DNA from: an uncultured virus (IMG/VR IMGVR_UViG_3300025816_000007)
Taxonomy: Duplodnaviria > Heunggongvirae > Uroviricota > Caudoviricetes
DNA length: 62,951 nucleotides
Direction: 5' to 3' (one strand)
Virus record (IMG/VR): IMGVR_UViG_3300025816_000007
Position 1 is the first letter of the stretch, and the number at the start of each line of letters is the position of its first letter. A model generated the notes under the pieces. That model was not told the origin of the DNA. It made no database searches and saw only the letters and a program-made list of their open reading frames with translations. A program made the position numbers and the translations under genes. This document shows positions 1 to 10,268 of the stretch, in pieces.

Positions 1-2681
1 CCGCTGTTGCCGCCACTGCCGGGCATCACAGGCCTAGTCGGGGGCGCTGGTCTTCCTGGGAAGGGAGTTGGCTTTGGCGAATTATTTTCCGGAGGATTGT
101 TTCTTGGATTGTTAGCCATCCTATTATGAGCATACCCTTTGTTGTGCAATGACTTGTTCATTTCTGAATTCTTTGCATAAACGACGGTATTTCCATCTGC
201 CGACCAATGTTTGTGTTCAATGAATAAATTATTGTTCGGTATGTTTTTGTTAGGTGGCATTGGTGCACCGTTGTTAGGTGGCATGTTAGGCATGTTGTTA
301 GGTGGCATTGGTGCACCGTTGTTAGGTGGCATGTTAGGCATGTTGTTAGGTGGCATTGGTCGTGCCCCGTTGTTAGGTGGCATTGGTCGTGCCCCGTTGT
401 TAGGTGGCATGTTAGGCATGTTGTTAGGTGGCATTGGTGCACCGTTGTTAGGTGGCATTGGTGCACCGTTGTTAGGTGGCATGTTATTAATCACGTTGTT
501 AGGTAATGCGTTATTACGGACTAAGTTATTCGGCAAGCCGTTGCCAACATGATTGTTGTTGTTGTTGGGCACTAAGTTGTTTGGCATGGTTCCATTATTG
601 TTAAAGGAATTGTTAACTGAGTTTAGTTCTTCCATCACTGCGAAGTAACCATTAGTCAATATTTCAAATAATTTTACCATCATGAAGTATTCCTCTTTCG
701 AGGGGGCGTTTTGAGCAAACTGCAACATAAATCCGCTATCTGCAAGATGCCTGAGATGCCTTTGTGCAACGCTGTTTAGTTTATTACCGTATTGTTGGGC
801 GAAATCAATTGCAATAGAAATTAATTGAGTTGTGTCTAATGTTCCGTACAATTCTTCCACATGCAGAGACAATGCTGTATCCATGGCGAATTCTTGTTCT
901 GAAACAAATCTCATGTATGTGTCAAATAATGCGCCTGGAGTTTGTATGCGGTATTCTAATTCTGTTACTGGAATCATTGGAGCTAATGTATTGATTATTT
1001 TATAGATCCTCTCAAACATGTGTTGCCTTACTTCCGAGGTCGTCATTTGGTCTAACTTTTCCTTGTAGTTAGCAATCTCATTCACTACTTGTTCGGCATT
1101 GTTAGAATTATTTATTACATTTGCGATAGCATTGTTGTTGGAATTGTTTATTTGATTCACGACTGGAAGTACATCGTTAACAATTGCTTCCAATTCATTA
1201 ACCTTTGAATTGGTAAGACCCGACAGATATTCTAGGTATGCCCTGTCTGCTGGAGCCCAAAGTGGAGAAGATAGTGCGTATGTTATTGCTTGTTTTATTT
1301 GCTTCATTGTTGGTAAGCTAGACTTCGATTGGGCGAATATTGTCCACTCACCCTTTGGGAATACTGCTACAGGGTTTGAATTCCTGTCGGCACTCTTGTA
1401 TGTCCCATTATCTAGGAATTCGATGCTAGAACCACTCATCCAGTCGAAGTACACATTGGCTTGAACTGTGAAGATATCTTTTACTACTGTCGCAATAGAT
1501 GGCCCATTTGCCATAGCCCTTACTGTTTGTTGCATAGTCGAATTAGGTGCCCTGTAGTTCTTGGTAGGATTGTATCCCCTTCCTTGGCTCGGCACATCTA
1601 TTGTAGTCATAGTCTCGAATGTAGGAGTTTCATCCAATGCTTCTTGACGGCGATTAATTTCCTGTTGTAAGTTGTTCAAAGCAAAGGATATTTCATTTCT
1701 TGCAGTAGGATTATTCTCTAAGTCGAATTGTTGCTGTAATTGATTAGCACTCTGCATTAGAGCTTCAAGGGAAACGCCGGTTGGAGTCATGTTATACGGG
1801 TTGTAGTTGTTTTGCCATGTTTTCAGCGATGGATCGCCTCTACGTGGCCTACCTACTGGAGTCATTGCGTATGGGTCGAAATTGTTTCTAAATGGTACTG
1901 CTGGAGCGTTTGCTACTGCGTGACTTGTGTTGTTGATGTCTAAAGCTACGCTATTTTTCGCTTGTTGGACTGACATTTGACCGCACGCAACCATTTTGAT
2001 GAGTTGTGCGGCATCTTCTGGATTGTACCCTGCGGAAGTGATGGCTTTACCACTTGTAACGGCTTGGTTTCGTACCGCTTGAATGGCGTTGCTTTCAGAT
2101 ACCCCATTTTTCATCATATTTTTCACAGTTTTGTCGATTGTCTTTGATAAGTTTTCAAGTGCTCTAACAACTTGTGGTGAGTTAGATATTTCATTCCAAA
2201 GGTTTTGAGATTCTGTTTTACCTAAAACATAGCTTGCCATTACGGTCTCTTCGAAAAAACTGCGGTCAAATGCTTCATTTTGTTTGATTTCATTAGAATT
2301 ATTTGCAGAGACCCTTATTGCTTGTTGGAAGTCATTACTGTTCCAATAACCATCTCCACAATCACTAATCAATGCTGCTCGAATTTTGTTTTGGTTAACC
2401 AATGGCCTTCGATGGCCGACTGTATTCCGACTGTGATGATTCCAATAACCAACCGGTGCGGCTGATAAATTCACTTCATTTCTCTTCCACCATGCTTTAG
2501 GATTACGTGACAAATTGCTTCTTTCAGCCCTCGGTCTGTTTAGTTCTGAAAGAAGTCTGCCCTTCTCCATAGTGTATGTTTCTTGCGGGACTTTACCTTT
2601 CGCATACCTTTTTTCTAAGGCATTTAAGGATTTTTCAACTCGTTTTACTTCTCTGTTCGTTATAGTTAGACCTGCTCGCAT
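1..2681 (-). CDS. Large Asn/Pro/Met-rich protein, 3'-truncated by window edge (>890 aa); missing from ORF track
   Basis: ATG at 2681 overlaps upstream TAA (TAATG); starts MRAGLTITNREVKRVEKSL; same frame at the left edge reads ...NNSPKPTPFPGRPAPPTRPVMPGSGGNS; both ends translated, middle assumed open. Confidence 0.8.
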   Translation of the reverse strand, partial: MRAGLTITNREVKRVEKSLNALEKRYAKGKVPQETYTMEKGRLLSELNRPRAERSNLSRNPKAWWKRNEVNLSAAPVGYWNHHSRNTVGHRRPLVNQNKIRAALISDCGDGYWNSNDFQQAIRVSANNSNEIKQNEAFDRSFFEETVMASYVLGKTESQNLWNEISNSPQVVRALENLSKTIDKTVKNMMKNGVSESNAIQAVRNQAVTSGKAITSAGYNPEDAAQLIKMVACGQMSVQQAKNSVALDINNTSHAVANAPAVPFRNNFDPYAMTPVGRPRRGDPSLKTWQNNYNPYNMTPTGVSLEALMQSANQLQQQFDLENNPTARNEISFALNNLQQEINRRQEALDETPTFETMTTIDVPSQGRGYNPTKNYRAPNSTMQQTVRAMANGPSIATVVKDIFTVQANVYFDWMSGSSIEFLDNGTYKSADRNSNPVAVFPKGEWTIFAQSKSSLPTMKQIKQAITYALSSPLWAPADRAYLEYLSGLTNSKVNELEAIVNDVLPVVNQINNSNNNAIANVINNSNNAEQVVNEIANYKEKLDQMTTSEVRQHMFERIYKIINTLAPMIPVTELEYRIQTPGALFDTYMRFVSEQEFAMDTALSLHVEELYGTLDTTQLISIAIDFAQQYGNKLNSVAQRHLRHLADSGFMLQFAQNAPSKEEYFMMVKLFEILTNGYFAVMEELNSVNNSFNNNGTMPNNLVPNNNNNHVGNGLPNNLVRNNALPNNVINNMPPNNGAPMPPNNGAPMPPNNMPNMPPNNGARPMPPNNGARPMPPNNMPNMPPNNGAPMPPNNMPNMPPNNGAPMPPNKNIPNNNLFIEHKHWSADGNTVVYAKNSEMNKSLHNKGYAHNRMANNPRNNPPENNSPKPTPFPGRPAPPTRPVMPGSGGNS
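247..483 (-). repeat. Coding tandem repeat (GTTGTTAGGTGGCAT core) encoding MPPNNGAP/MPPNNMPN
   Basis: Repeated 24-27 nt units visible in sequence. Confidence 0.9.
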
Positions 2682-4243
2682 TAATTTGCACCCCCGTATT
2701 TGAAGTTCAAGCGTGAATCGGCTAAGTGCCTAATCAGCTCTCTCATTTCCATCAATTCATCTGTTGTTTGAATTCCGATTTGAACATCTGCTGGACCAAT
2801 GCCCAAGTTGAGTAGTTCCATTTGGGTTCTGGTGTCTAGTTTCTGCCCTTGTGATAATATTTCTTCAATTAAGTTGCGGTATCCAAGGAATCTGTTTCTC
2901 TTCCTCATACCCTTAATTGCAGTGAGTCTTGCCGGACCTGGCACATAGGACATAGCAAGACCTAATCTGCCTATTTCATCCAATAAGTCATACTCTTCAT
3001 CTGAAATGTCATCTGAAATGTCTGTCAATGCCGTATTGTAGTCTTCGAAGTCTCGGATGACGCTTGGATCTATTGGTAGAGATTCTGCTAACATTGCTTG
3101 GGGCATTCCACTTACCGCTACTGTTGCTTGATATTTAGATGTAAACAATCCGCCTTCGATTTCAGATGTGCTTGCCGATAGATGTGCCGTCCATACCTTT
3201 ACTAAGTTTCTTGTGTCGTCAGTAGAGAACATTGACAAACTATTTTGTGCATTTGATACTGACTTGCTTGCGGCTTCTATTTGTGCAGTATTAGTTTTTA
3301 TTTGGAACCATATTGCTTGGCCTTCTTTCACGCCGTTTGTGTAGGCGTTTCTCATCTGTAGTGCATCTTGAACACATTTGTTGTAGCCTTGAGACTCTTG
3401 ATTATACTCACTTTGTTTGTATGCAATCAAATTTTGATAATCTCGAATTACTCCAGCATTTAGGTTGCTTTTTGTAAGAACTTGTCCTATGTTTTCGATT
3501 CTTTGCTTTACATTCGCATATCTTTGAGCGTTGTTTGAGGACATGTTAGCTTCTAACATTTTTCTTTCCCCATTCAATTGCCTCAATTCACGTTCCATTG
3601 ATTTTAGCTCTGCGTCACTTGCCTGCAAAGCGGTTATTGTTGTTTGTAATTGATTAAGTTCGGTAGCTAAAATTTCAACTCTTCGGGAGCGAGATTGGCA
3701 TTCCCTTTCTTTTTCTATCACTTCTATTTCTCTTGGAGTAGCAGCTTCTATTTGAGCCAAGCTTGTGTTCAATCTTATTTGCTGATTCCTCAACTGGCTC
3801 AATTCATTAGAAAATTGGTTAAGATTCATTTCAGAGTTTGATGCACCAGAGTTTTGATTAATCATATGCATCAAAGCAGGTTCAAACACTTTAGCGGCGA
3901 TTTCCATTCTTCCGCCATCTGGACTGTCTTTGATGTAATCTAATGCTGAACCTATTTTACCTTGAACTGGTAAGTTTGAGTTAAGGTTTAGCAATTCCCC
4001 TATTTTCCACATTTTTTCTGCTAAGAAAATTGAATATTCTCCGTTTAGTATTTGTATGGATCTGTTCAAAGCATCCGAAACAACTGCTTTTGGTTGTCTG
4101 CTTAGTTTGGTATGCTCGACGACTGCAGTTAATAATCCTGGGTAAACGCCTGTCCAAAAACCAGGGTAAGGGAATTTAGTCTTGTAATTCATTGAATCTG
4201 GAAACTCTATAATCATACCAGTTGCTTCATTACTTTTTTTCAT
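2681..4243 (-). CDS. Coiled-coil protein, 520 aa
   Basis: Long ORF with Q/E/L heptad-rich centre. Confidence 0.8.
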   Translation of the reverse strand: MKKSNEATGMIIEFPDSMNYKTKFPYPGFWTGVYPGLLTAVVEHTKLSRQPKAVVSDALNRSIQILNGEYSIFLAEKMWKIGELLNLNSNLPVQGKIGSALDYIKDSPDGGRMEIAAKVFEPALMHMINQNSGASNSEMNLNQFSNELSQLRNQQIRLNTSLAQIEAATPREIEVIEKERECQSRSRRVEILATELNQLQTTITALQASDAELKSMERELRQLNGERKMLEANMSSNNAQRYANVKQRIENIGQVLTKSNLNAGVIRDYQNLIAYKQSEYNQESQGYNKCVQDALQMRNAYTNGVKEGQAIWFQIKTNTAQIEAASKSVSNAQNSLSMFSTDDTRNLVKVWTAHLSASTSEIEGGLFTSKYQATVAVSGMPQAMLAESLPIDPSVIRDFEDYNTALTDISDDISDEEYDLLDEIGRLGLAMSYVPGPARLTAIKGMRKRNRFLGYRNLIEEILSQGQKLDTRTQMELLNLGIGPADVQIGIQTTDELMEMRELIRHLADSRLNFKYGGAN

Positions 4244-4247
4244 ATTA

Positions 4248-4598
4248 TCAGCCCTTTATGTTTTCATATGCAACAGATAGCCCGTAGAACATTAGTGCCC
4301 CTGTAATCCCCTTTACAACAATGTTAGAAGGTGTTGAAAATGCTGTTGCGACTGATGCTGCCACCAATATCGCTTTACCAATATTCGTAGCCTCACCGTA
4401 GCCTGTCGTAAAACCCACGTGACCCGATGTTGGTTGTAAGTGCCCCCTTGAGTTTGGAGCACCCACAAAAGAATCACTAATCCTCACTGCATTGTGGCTC
4501 GATGATTTTCTTCTTTGAATATCAGTCATAAATGACGAACCAAAGTTGCTCAAATGAATGTTCTCATATTGCTCACCGTTTGCGAATTTACTCATCAT
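4248..4598 (-). CDS. Small protein with hydrophobic C-terminus (possible virion membrane protein)
   Basis: ORF; hydrophobic C-terminal segments. Confidence 0.65.
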   Translation of the reverse strand: MMSKFANGEQYENIHLSNFGSSFMTDIQRRKSSSHNAVRISDSFVGAPNSRGHLQPTSGHVGFTTGYGEATNIGKAILVAASVATAFSTPSNIVVKGITGALMFYGLSVAYENIKG

Positions 4599-4783
4599 TT
4601 ATTCCTCCTTATGATTGGGCGGAGAACGGGTTTGTAAATTAAGAAATACCAAACTAAAGCGAAGGCAGTGTGGGCGTAAGTAATCGGATAGGAATCCACA
4701 ACGTGCGTGCGATATTCGCCTTTATTCATTTCAGCGTGATGGCCTGCGTTTCTGCCATTATTCATGTGCCCAACCGTATTCAT
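4595..4783 (-). CDS. Small membrane protein
   Basis: ORF; C-terminal TM plus basic tail; ATGA overlaps. Confidence 0.6.
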   Translation of the reverse strand: MNTVGHMNNGRNAGHHAEMNKGEYRTHVVDSYPITYAHTAFALVWYFLIYKPVLRPIIRRNK

Positions 4784-4908
4784 TCACTTTCCCTCCTTAT
4801 GTATGCCAATGATGCGCCTACTTCGTATAGAATAAATGCTGGAGCAATGTACTTCAAAGGTAAATCGGCTACCACTTTGTACAACATATCCAACATTCCT
4901 TTCATCAT
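4780..4908 (-). CDS. Small hydrophobic protein, 42 aa (MMKGMLDMLYKVVADLPLKY...)
   Basis: Hand-translated; fills the gap with ATGA overlaps on both sides. Confidence 0.55.
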   Translation of the reverse strand: MMKGMLDMLYKVVADLPLKYIAPAFILYEVGASLAYIRRESE

Positions 4909-5354
4909 TCGTCACCTGGCTCCACGTAGTTTTCTTCAAGCATGTCATCTGCACCAAATCGGTTATTGAATAGATAGCCTGCCGTCACCAGCAAAGCTCC
5001 AACGCCAGTCCAAATCGCAATATTTGTTCTTGTAGAACCCATTTTTCTTTTCGTACCCCTCATTGGCATAGGAATTTGTGGTGTTTTAACAGGACTGATT
5101 GGCCGATAGCCGGTTGGAGACTGCAAAATGTCAGATTGACCTCCTGAATATGGAGAGTTTAGATGCGGCAGCCCTACGCCGTGTTGAGTACTACCTAATC
5201 CACCCATACCCCCATTCACTAGATTGGAATTGTTAACTTTAGGCGGAGCAATTATATTGTCTGGAGCAGGTCTAGGTGCTGGTTTAACATCAACAAATCC
5301 TAGGCCGTTCATCGTACCAATTGGTTTCGCATTTTCTTTGTTATTGTATTTCAT
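4905..5354 (-). CDS. Pro/Gly-rich protein with one C-terminal TM helix
   Basis: ORF; AGGTGA SD upstream; IAIWTGVGALLVTAGYLF. Confidence 0.7.
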   Translation of the reverse strand: MKYNNKENAKPIGTMNGLGFVDVKPAPRPAPDNIIAPPKVNNSNLVNGGMGGLGSTQHGVGLPHLNSPYSGGQSDILQSPTGYRPISPVKTPQIPMPMRGTKRKMGSTRTNIAIWTGVGALLVTAGYLFNNRFGADDMLEENYVEPGDE

Positions 5355-5372
5355 GATATCACCTCATCAAAA

Positions 5373-5582
5373 TTATAAAACCTCGGCTAATACTAAGCCG
5401 CTATAGGAGACAAAAATCGCCGCAGCAATCCCAGTAAGACTCCCAAACATCAAGCCCGATTCATAAGCCTGTTTTTCGGAGGTGTTGCGATGGGATAAGA
5501 GTCCTTTTGTGAAATAGGGGACAAAACCCGTTGCAATTCCTATGCCTGCTAATGCTACTGCGTATGTTGTTGTTTCGCTCAT
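5373..5582 (-). CDS. Small two-TM membrane protein
   Basis: ORF; AGGTGA SD; two hydrophobic segments. Confidence 0.65.
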   Translation of the reverse strand: MSETTTYAVALAGIGIATGFVPYFTKGLLSHRNTSEKQAYESGLMFGSLTGIAAAIFVSYSGLVLAEVL

Positions 5583-5586
5583 TCAA

Positions 5587-6339
5587 TCACCTAAATGTAT
5601 TTGGTATCAATTTTTTGTCTTGTCTAGTTAGATCGTATTCATGAACTAACAAAGGAATGTACCTAGTAACTTTTACCGAGTTGCCCATTTTTAGCGGGTG
5701 GATTAGTTCAACAGGTATCCAATCTGCCCCCGAAACTATGTTTGGGGCTAGTGTTTTGGTCGCCAACATAACGTGATTCATAGAACCAGGAGAGCCTTCG
5801 CTTGCATCAACTATCATCAGCATTGTTGGATACCCTGCCGCAGCTAATACACACGCACAGCAAGCGGCGATGTCATCACAATCTGCTCCTGATTCACCGG
5901 CTTGTATGTCTCTTAGTACTTTCAGTGGACTTTGGAATAGTTCAACCCCGTATGGGTCTTTCAAATACCTGTAAGAGCCCCTGTCACCCCTTAGTAACGG
6001 CTTACCTATTTCACCTGGAGGGGTGTTTATTGTGTAGGTTCCTTGAAAATAATTCACTATAGCGTTGATTTCCCCCAACTCATCATGATTGAGAATTTTT
6101 GTTTCATTAAGCAATCTTCTTGCAAATTGAACTATTTCGGGATGGTCCACATACCTTGCAGTCATCTCTTGTAAAATCTTTACAGTGAGGATAAAAGATT
6201 GGTCGTCCGTGAACCCCTCATTGAAAGTGTACCTTAGTTGCTGGTCTGCACCGTGAGAATGAGAGGATTCGTAGGAGGTTCTAATCCCCCACTTAGCTTG
6301 GCGTAATGTGCCAGAAAATGCGTGATTATTTCCGGCCAT
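5587..6339 (-). CDS. Transglutaminase-like (cysteine protease fold) protein
   Basis: YRYLKDP, GADCDD (catalytic Cys), NHV (His). Confidence 0.7.
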   Translation of the reverse strand: MAGNNHAFSGTLRQAKWGIRTSYESSHSHGADQQLRYTFNEGFTDDQSFILTVKILQEMTARYVDHPEIVQFARRLLNETKILNHDELGEINAIVNYFQGTYTINTPPGEIGKPLLRGDRGSYRYLKDPYGVELFQSPLKVLRDIQAGESGADCDDIAACCACVLAAAGYPTMLMIVDASEGSPGSMNHVMLATKTLAPNIVSGADWIPVELIHPLKMGNSVKVTRYIPLLVHEYDLTRQDKKLIPNTFR

Positions 6340-6392
6340 GGTTGCCCCATGGGGCTCAATGGTTTAATTGAAACCCGTTCCACCGTTCCGTT

Positions 6393-7739
6393 TCACGAAT
6401 CATCAGGCCATTCATTTTCAGGTAAGAATTGGAAAATGTTAGTTTGTGTATCCGGCATTTCGGGGTCTATTCCCCTCAATCTGTCTTGGAATTCTTGCAT
6501 AATCCTGTCAGCCCTGCGGTTTTGTCTGTCAAAGAATCTTTGCATGTGGTCTTCGAATTTTTGATTAAAGCTATTCATCATTCTTTCAACCATGTTCGCC
6601 ATAGAGCCTTCGAATTGTTGTTGAATCGAATCGCTACTTTTTACTGCATGTTCTTCAATAGTAACAATAGTTTCTTCACCAACCTTTCGCATTTCCTCCA
6701 TTGTAGATAATGATTCTTTCATCAAGTGATCTAATACGCTAACAGGATTTGCTTGCATTGCTGCTTGTATAGGCTTTTCACAATCAAGATGAACAAACCC
6801 GTCTTCAAGTAGGTCGTGACTCCCGTCTGCAGTAATACCTTCTGCAACTTCTAACATGCCTTTCCCTGATGCCGTTCTATTTTCTTTTACACGCTTTGCT
6901 AGTTCAGGGTCGTACCTCAATGCCCCTGCTTCATATAATTGGCTAGTTTTCGGCTTCGGGATGCCGAGAATAAATCCATATCTTTTCTGTATCTTTGCTG
7001 AAACTTCGTAAATCCCTTGCATTAACCTCGCATTTACACCCGTTTCGTCGATACATTCTTCCGGAGTAAGCCACAAACGGTCAGGCAGAGTTATTCTCAC
7101 GGGATTTGGCAAACAAAAGTCGCCCCATTCAATAGCATCATCAACTTTCTTACCCCTTCTCCTGAAATATACATTCCAATTACCTACGGATGTTTCAATT
7201 GGTTCTGCTTTAATTGATGCCCAGCCACGAACAAGCTTAGTAGGATAGATTACCTTGCCCCAATGTTCATTCTTTAGCATATTCCCCCTAGGGAGTCCTT
7301 TGTTCGGACTCTTTGTGTTAGCTGGCAAGTTAATGTCAATTCTGTGAATGTCAATCATCGGCTTTGCTCCACCAGGAAGAGTCGGCCCCGCACGCACCCC
7401 CACTTCGCCTTTTATCTCCAGAATCTTGCGGTCTGCCTCAGTAGCACGATTTCCTTTGATGTATGCCTTGCTGTAGCCCGATACGGATTTCTTACTTGTG
7501 TTTTCTATTCTCTTTACATGCGCCTCAAAGCCAACGCTCCTTGCAATGTATTGCTCACGCTCTAATTTCTTAATGTGTCTGGATACAGTAGAACGGTTTT
7601 TTCCTAAGATTTCCGATATTCTTGACGCAATTTGCCCTCTTTCCACTAAGAGTTCGTACACAGCCCATATCATTTCAGACGGTTTCGCTGACCTCCCCCA
7701 CCATGTTGCACCAATTGTTGCGTCATCAATACCACCCAT
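6393..7739 (-). CDS. N-terminal winged-HTH DNA-binding protein with C-terminal coiled coil
   Basis: ASRISEILGKNRSTVSRHIKKLE HTH pattern. Confidence 0.65.
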   Translation of the reverse strand: MGGIDDATIGATWWGRSAKPSEMIWAVYELLVERGQIASRISEILGKNRSTVSRHIKKLEREQYIARSVGFEAHVKRIENTSKKSVSGYSKAYIKGNRATEADRKILEIKGEVGVRAGPTLPGGAKPMIDIHRIDINLPANTKSPNKGLPRGNMLKNEHWGKVIYPTKLVRGWASIKAEPIETSVGNWNVYFRRRGKKVDDAIEWGDFCLPNPVRITLPDRLWLTPEECIDETGVNARLMQGIYEVSAKIQKRYGFILGIPKPKTSQLYEAGALRYDPELAKRVKENRTASGKGMLEVAEGITADGSHDLLEDGFVHLDCEKPIQAAMQANPVSVLDHLMKESLSTMEEMRKVGEETIVTIEEHAVKSSDSIQQQFEGSMANMVERMMNSFNQKFEDHMQRFFDRQNRRADRIMQEFQDRLRGIDPEMPDTQTNIFQFLPENEWPDDS

Positions 7740-7833
7740 GCAACTTCACCGAGGATTTAAGCGGTATCTCGACGGTATTATGAAGGCTTCGGAGAATCTT
7801 GTCTCCTTTGTTGCATAAAATTTACCCGCATTG

Positions 7834-8029
7834 GGCATTGTTGCGTCGGCTAAGGCATTGTTTTGCACTTGCGAATACAACATTATACAAAAAAACTAAA
7901 CAAAAAAACAATGCTATTGTGAGGCATTGTCGTGAAAGTTTTTAGAATAATCGGAGAAATTCTGTTTTGTTGTAAGTTGTTTCAAGTAATGCAACATTGG
8001 CAAGGCATTGATGCATAATATGGGCATTG
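7834..8029. promoter_or_regulatory. Divergent intergenic region with five GGCATTG direct repeats
   Basis: GGCATTG at 7834, 7854, 7923, 8004, 8023. Confidence 0.5.
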
Positions 8030-8045
8030 TAATTTAATCGCCATA

Positions 8046-8408
8046 TTGAAAGGGACGAGAGTATTCCAACTGTTTATGCTGAGGGCGTCGAAAATAATAC
8101 TTTCAAATGGAATCGAGATGGATGACAAAGATATTTTATTGACAGAAGAGGGAATAAGCGTGATTTCAGAAGATGAAATCGTCATGATATACCATCATGC
8201 CATTTCTTCAATTATATTTGCCGATAAAGTTTCAATGAATTTTATGAGGGCACGCTCACTCTCCCATTACTTCGAAGATGTTGGCAGTGTGCAAGACACC
8301 TTAGAAGAGTTCGATTATGCCGTTCAAGAGTTACATGAGCACATACAACAGCAGGTAAAAGGGGTCGAAAGTGAAGAAGAGCAACCAAAAGACCCTTACA
8401 AAGAATAG
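8046..8408 (+). CDS. Hypothetical protein (start may be ATG 8118)
   Basis: ORF, first of + operon. Confidence 0.6.
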   Translation: MKGTRVFQLFMLRASKIILSNGIEMDDKDILLTEEGISVISEDEIVMIYHHAISSIIFADKVSMNFMRARSLSHYFEDVGSVQDTLEEFDYAVQELHEHIQQQVKGVESEEEQPKDPYKE

Positions 8409-8410
8409 GA

Positions 8411-8734
8411 GTGGATCTCATAACTGACGACATCCCTACGCTATCAAGAGAGGAATTAGTCTCTATACGAGACAAGGCTGCCAAAGCTACTAAGTTACTC
8501 GTACTCTTCATGGATAATCCATTTTCTTATGCCGACAAATTACATGATGTGCATGAGTTAGTCCTTACCTTAATGGATGAAACTTCCGATTATGGACTAA
8601 ATGGCGACAACTTAGAAATATCTACGCCAATGCCCTTTTCGAATCCCTCTGCGACATTTGTTGATGCACTCATCGACGGCGCAGCGCAAAGAATGAAAGA
8701 AATACTAAAACAGGTGAAAGAAAATGGAGAATGA
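8411..8734 (+). CDS. Hypothetical protein
   Basis: ORF tightly packed in operon. Confidence 0.65.
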   Translation: MDLITDDIPTLSREELVSIRDKAAKATKLLVLFMDNPFSYADKLHDVHELVLTLMDETSDYGLNGDNLEISTPMPFSNPSATFVDALIDGAAQRMKEILKQVKENGE

Positions 8735-10265
8735 ATCGCAATTACAAACCGCAGAAGAATATGCTTTTTCAGTAATGGAATTAGAAAAAGACGGCAAATT
8801 TGCCGTTTGGGAGGGTGGCGACAGTACAGACCCTATATCAACGCTAAGCTCAATAATGCAGAAACCGGAGCAAACAGTAAGAAGATACTATGAAACTTGG
8901 CTTGAATCCCCTTCTGCAAGCGATAAATCACAAAGAGCGAAGTCCATAGCACGTAGAAGAATGGGCGGCGGCGCAACCAGCGGCAGTAGTTTGAGTTCAA
9001 CAAACGAACCAACGATGCCAAATATAGCTCCAATCAATATTCCAGATATTGAAACAGTAAGCACAAGCGACACCATATCTTCAACTACAAAATCCGTCAA
9101 TGATTTAGTGAATTTTAGAAGAGCGCAGTCTGATTTACGGAGGATGGAAAGAGAGGATGCGATGAATATGCAACCTCGAAACAGCGGAGATGATGAAATG
9201 AAAGGCTTTTTGCAAAGTCTGGTTTTGAATATGATGGGGTCAAATCAGAAAAATAACAATGACGATGCACTGGTTGTACTAAAGCAAATGGAAGTATCTG
9301 AAAGAGCACAACAACAGTCTAGACAAGACCAACAAATGTTCATCCAACTAATGCAAGCACAACAAGACCGTAGTATGCAGTTAATGTTTGAGTTAATGCG
9401 TGGAAACGGCAATCGCTCAACCGTTGAAGAAAAGATTCTTTCAACTGCACTAGATCGAATGCTGGAACCTCAAGAACCTTCTGGAAATTTTGTTCAAGAT
9501 TTGATGAGCACAGGCGCTTTAGAGCAATTAGGAAAAGGGCTCGGCTCTGCAATGAGCATTATGCGTCAAGCTCCGCCTGGACAGAACCCCTACGAAGTAC
9601 AACAAGCTCAGGTTCAACCTCAATCACAAATGCAACAATACGCATTGATGAATCCACAGATGCAACCCGAACAACAAATGCAACAACAGCAAATGCAACA
9701 ACAGCAAATGCAACAACAGCAAATGCAACAACAGCAAATGCAACAACAACAAATGCAACAACAACAAATGCAACCTCAGCCACAAGTCGCCCAAGAGCCC
9801 TCTTTTCAACAAAAATGTGAAGCTTTGATGACACAAATTCAACAAAGCGACCTTAAACACGAAGGAGCAACAGAACAACAATGGGCTACAATTCTAGCAA
9901 ATGCTATCGAAATAGCAGTTAGAAGAGGAGAAGACACTTTCCCAACCAATATTCAAATGCAAATGGAGCAAGCGTTCTCTGAAATCATATTGATTGCAAA
10001 TCTACGGACATTTGGTTCAGCGATTCAAGCAATTAACAAAGGCGAAGTGTCTATTGGTTTAGCTGCTAACGCAATAAGAGGCAATGAACTTTACCAGTTG
10101 TTCGAACACATGAATTCACAAGACTTGATAGAGACCATTGCTGCTTATTCCGACATTGACGCACAAAACTTGAAGATAATTCAGTTTGATATCGATTACA
10201 TAATCCGTCCTGAGCACCAATCAATTATTGAACAAGTGCTTCTTACGGCAAAGCAGGGGGCATGA
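8724..10265 (+). CDS. Gln/Met-rich protein, 513 aa
   Basis: Long ORF; AGGTGA SD; (QQQQM)n tract. Confidence 0.8.
   Translation: MENESQLQTAEEYAFSVMELEKDGKFAVWEGGDSTDPISTLSSIMQKPEQTVRRYYETWLESPSASDKSQRAKSIARRRMGGGATSGSSLSSTNEPTMPNIAPINIPDIETVSTSDTISSTTKSVNDLVNFRRAQSDLRRMEREDAMNMQPRNSGDDEMKGFLQSLVLNMMGSNQKNNNDDALVVLKQMEVSERAQQQSRQDQQMFIQLMQAQQDRSMQLMFELMRGNGNRSTVEEKILSTALDRMLEPQEPSGNFVQDLMSTGALEQLGKGLGSAMSIMRQAPPGQNPYEVQQAQVQPQSQMQQYALMNPQMQPEQQMQQQQMQQQQMQQQQMQQQQMQQQQMQQQQMQPQPQVAQEPSFQQKCEALMTQIQQSDLKHEGATEQQWATILANAIEIAVRRGEDTFPTNIQMQMEQAFSEIILIANLRTFGSAIQAINKGEVSIGLAANAIRGNELYQLFEHMNSQDLIETIAAYSDIDAQNLKIIQFDIDYIIRPEHQSIIEQVLLTAKQGA
9672..9773 (+). repeat. 15-bp coding tandem repeat CAAATGCAACAACA(G/A) (QQQQM)
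   Basis: About 6-7 tandem units. Confidence 0.9.
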
Positions 10266-10268
10266 CCT

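Noticed and set aside
158..2703. ORFs 158-466(-), 211-552(+) and the other short + ORFs
   Set aside because: Shadow frames of the repeat-containing large minus-strand gene 1-2681.
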